A stretch of DNA of 64,000 bases, from positions 149,484,001-149,548,000 of the forward strand of contig CM059432.1 in NCBI GenBank assembly GCA_030390025.1, read 5' to 3'. A program made the position numbers and the translations under genes. The stretch comes from Squalus acanthias. Lineage: Eukaryota. Positions 63,628 to 64,000 of this stretch are shown piece after piece; position 1 is the first letter of the stretch, and every line of letters starts with the position of its first letter. The notes under the pieces were generated by a model. It was not told where the DNA came from, did not search any database, and saw nothing but the letters and a program-made list of their open reading frames with translations.

Positions 63628-64000
63628 CATTATATAGTACAGCACAGAAGGAGGCCATTCGGCCCATCGAGTCTGCGCCGGCTCTTTCGAAGAGCAATCC
63701 AGTTAGTCCCACTCCCCGCTCTTTCCCCAAATCCCTGCAATTTTTTCTCCTTCAAGTATTTATCCAATTCCCTTTTGAAGGCTACTATTGAATCTGTATC
63801 CACCACCCTATCAGGCAGTGTATTCCAAATCCTAACCACTCGTTGCGTAACAACGTTTTTCCTCATGTCGCCTCTGCCTCTTTTGCCAATCGCCTTAAAT
63901 CTGTGCCCTCTGGTTATCGACCCGTCAGCCATTGGAAACAGTTTCTCTTTATTTACTCTATCTAAACCCTTCATGATTTTAAACACCTCTATCAAATCTC
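63628..64000 (-). mobile_element. CR1 LINE 3' end, runs off the window
   Basis: ORF 63630..63995 IEVFKIMKG...TRGHRFK...IWNTLP. Confidence 0.9.

Overview
Repeat-rich vertebrate genomic DNA, most likely a cartilaginous fish (shark). This is inferred from the mix of CR1 and L2 LINEs, Deu-domain tRNA SINEs, Penelope elements and Harbinger transposons. One host gene is present: DCLK3 (doublecortin-like kinase 3) on the + strand, with four phase-consistent coding exons (18627-20440, 28709-28841, 30944-31111, 36727-36923); its first coding exon was not located. The rest is mostly nested mobile DNA: (1) a decayed endogenous retrovirus on the - strand with a 3' LTR, PPT, an RT fragment and an env remnant that looks lokiretrovirus/F-protein-like rather than gamma-type; (2) several PIF/Harbinger derivatives that keep the intron-containing Myb/SANT gene but have lost the transposase core; (3) Penelope fragments carrying minimal hammerhead ribozymes; (4) a degenerate Gypsy internal region; (5) several minisatellites, most of which visibly grew out of short segments of transposable elements. 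All calls come from reading motifs by eye. No database searches were run, and repeat boundaries are approximate unless TIRs, TSDs or splice sites are quoted.
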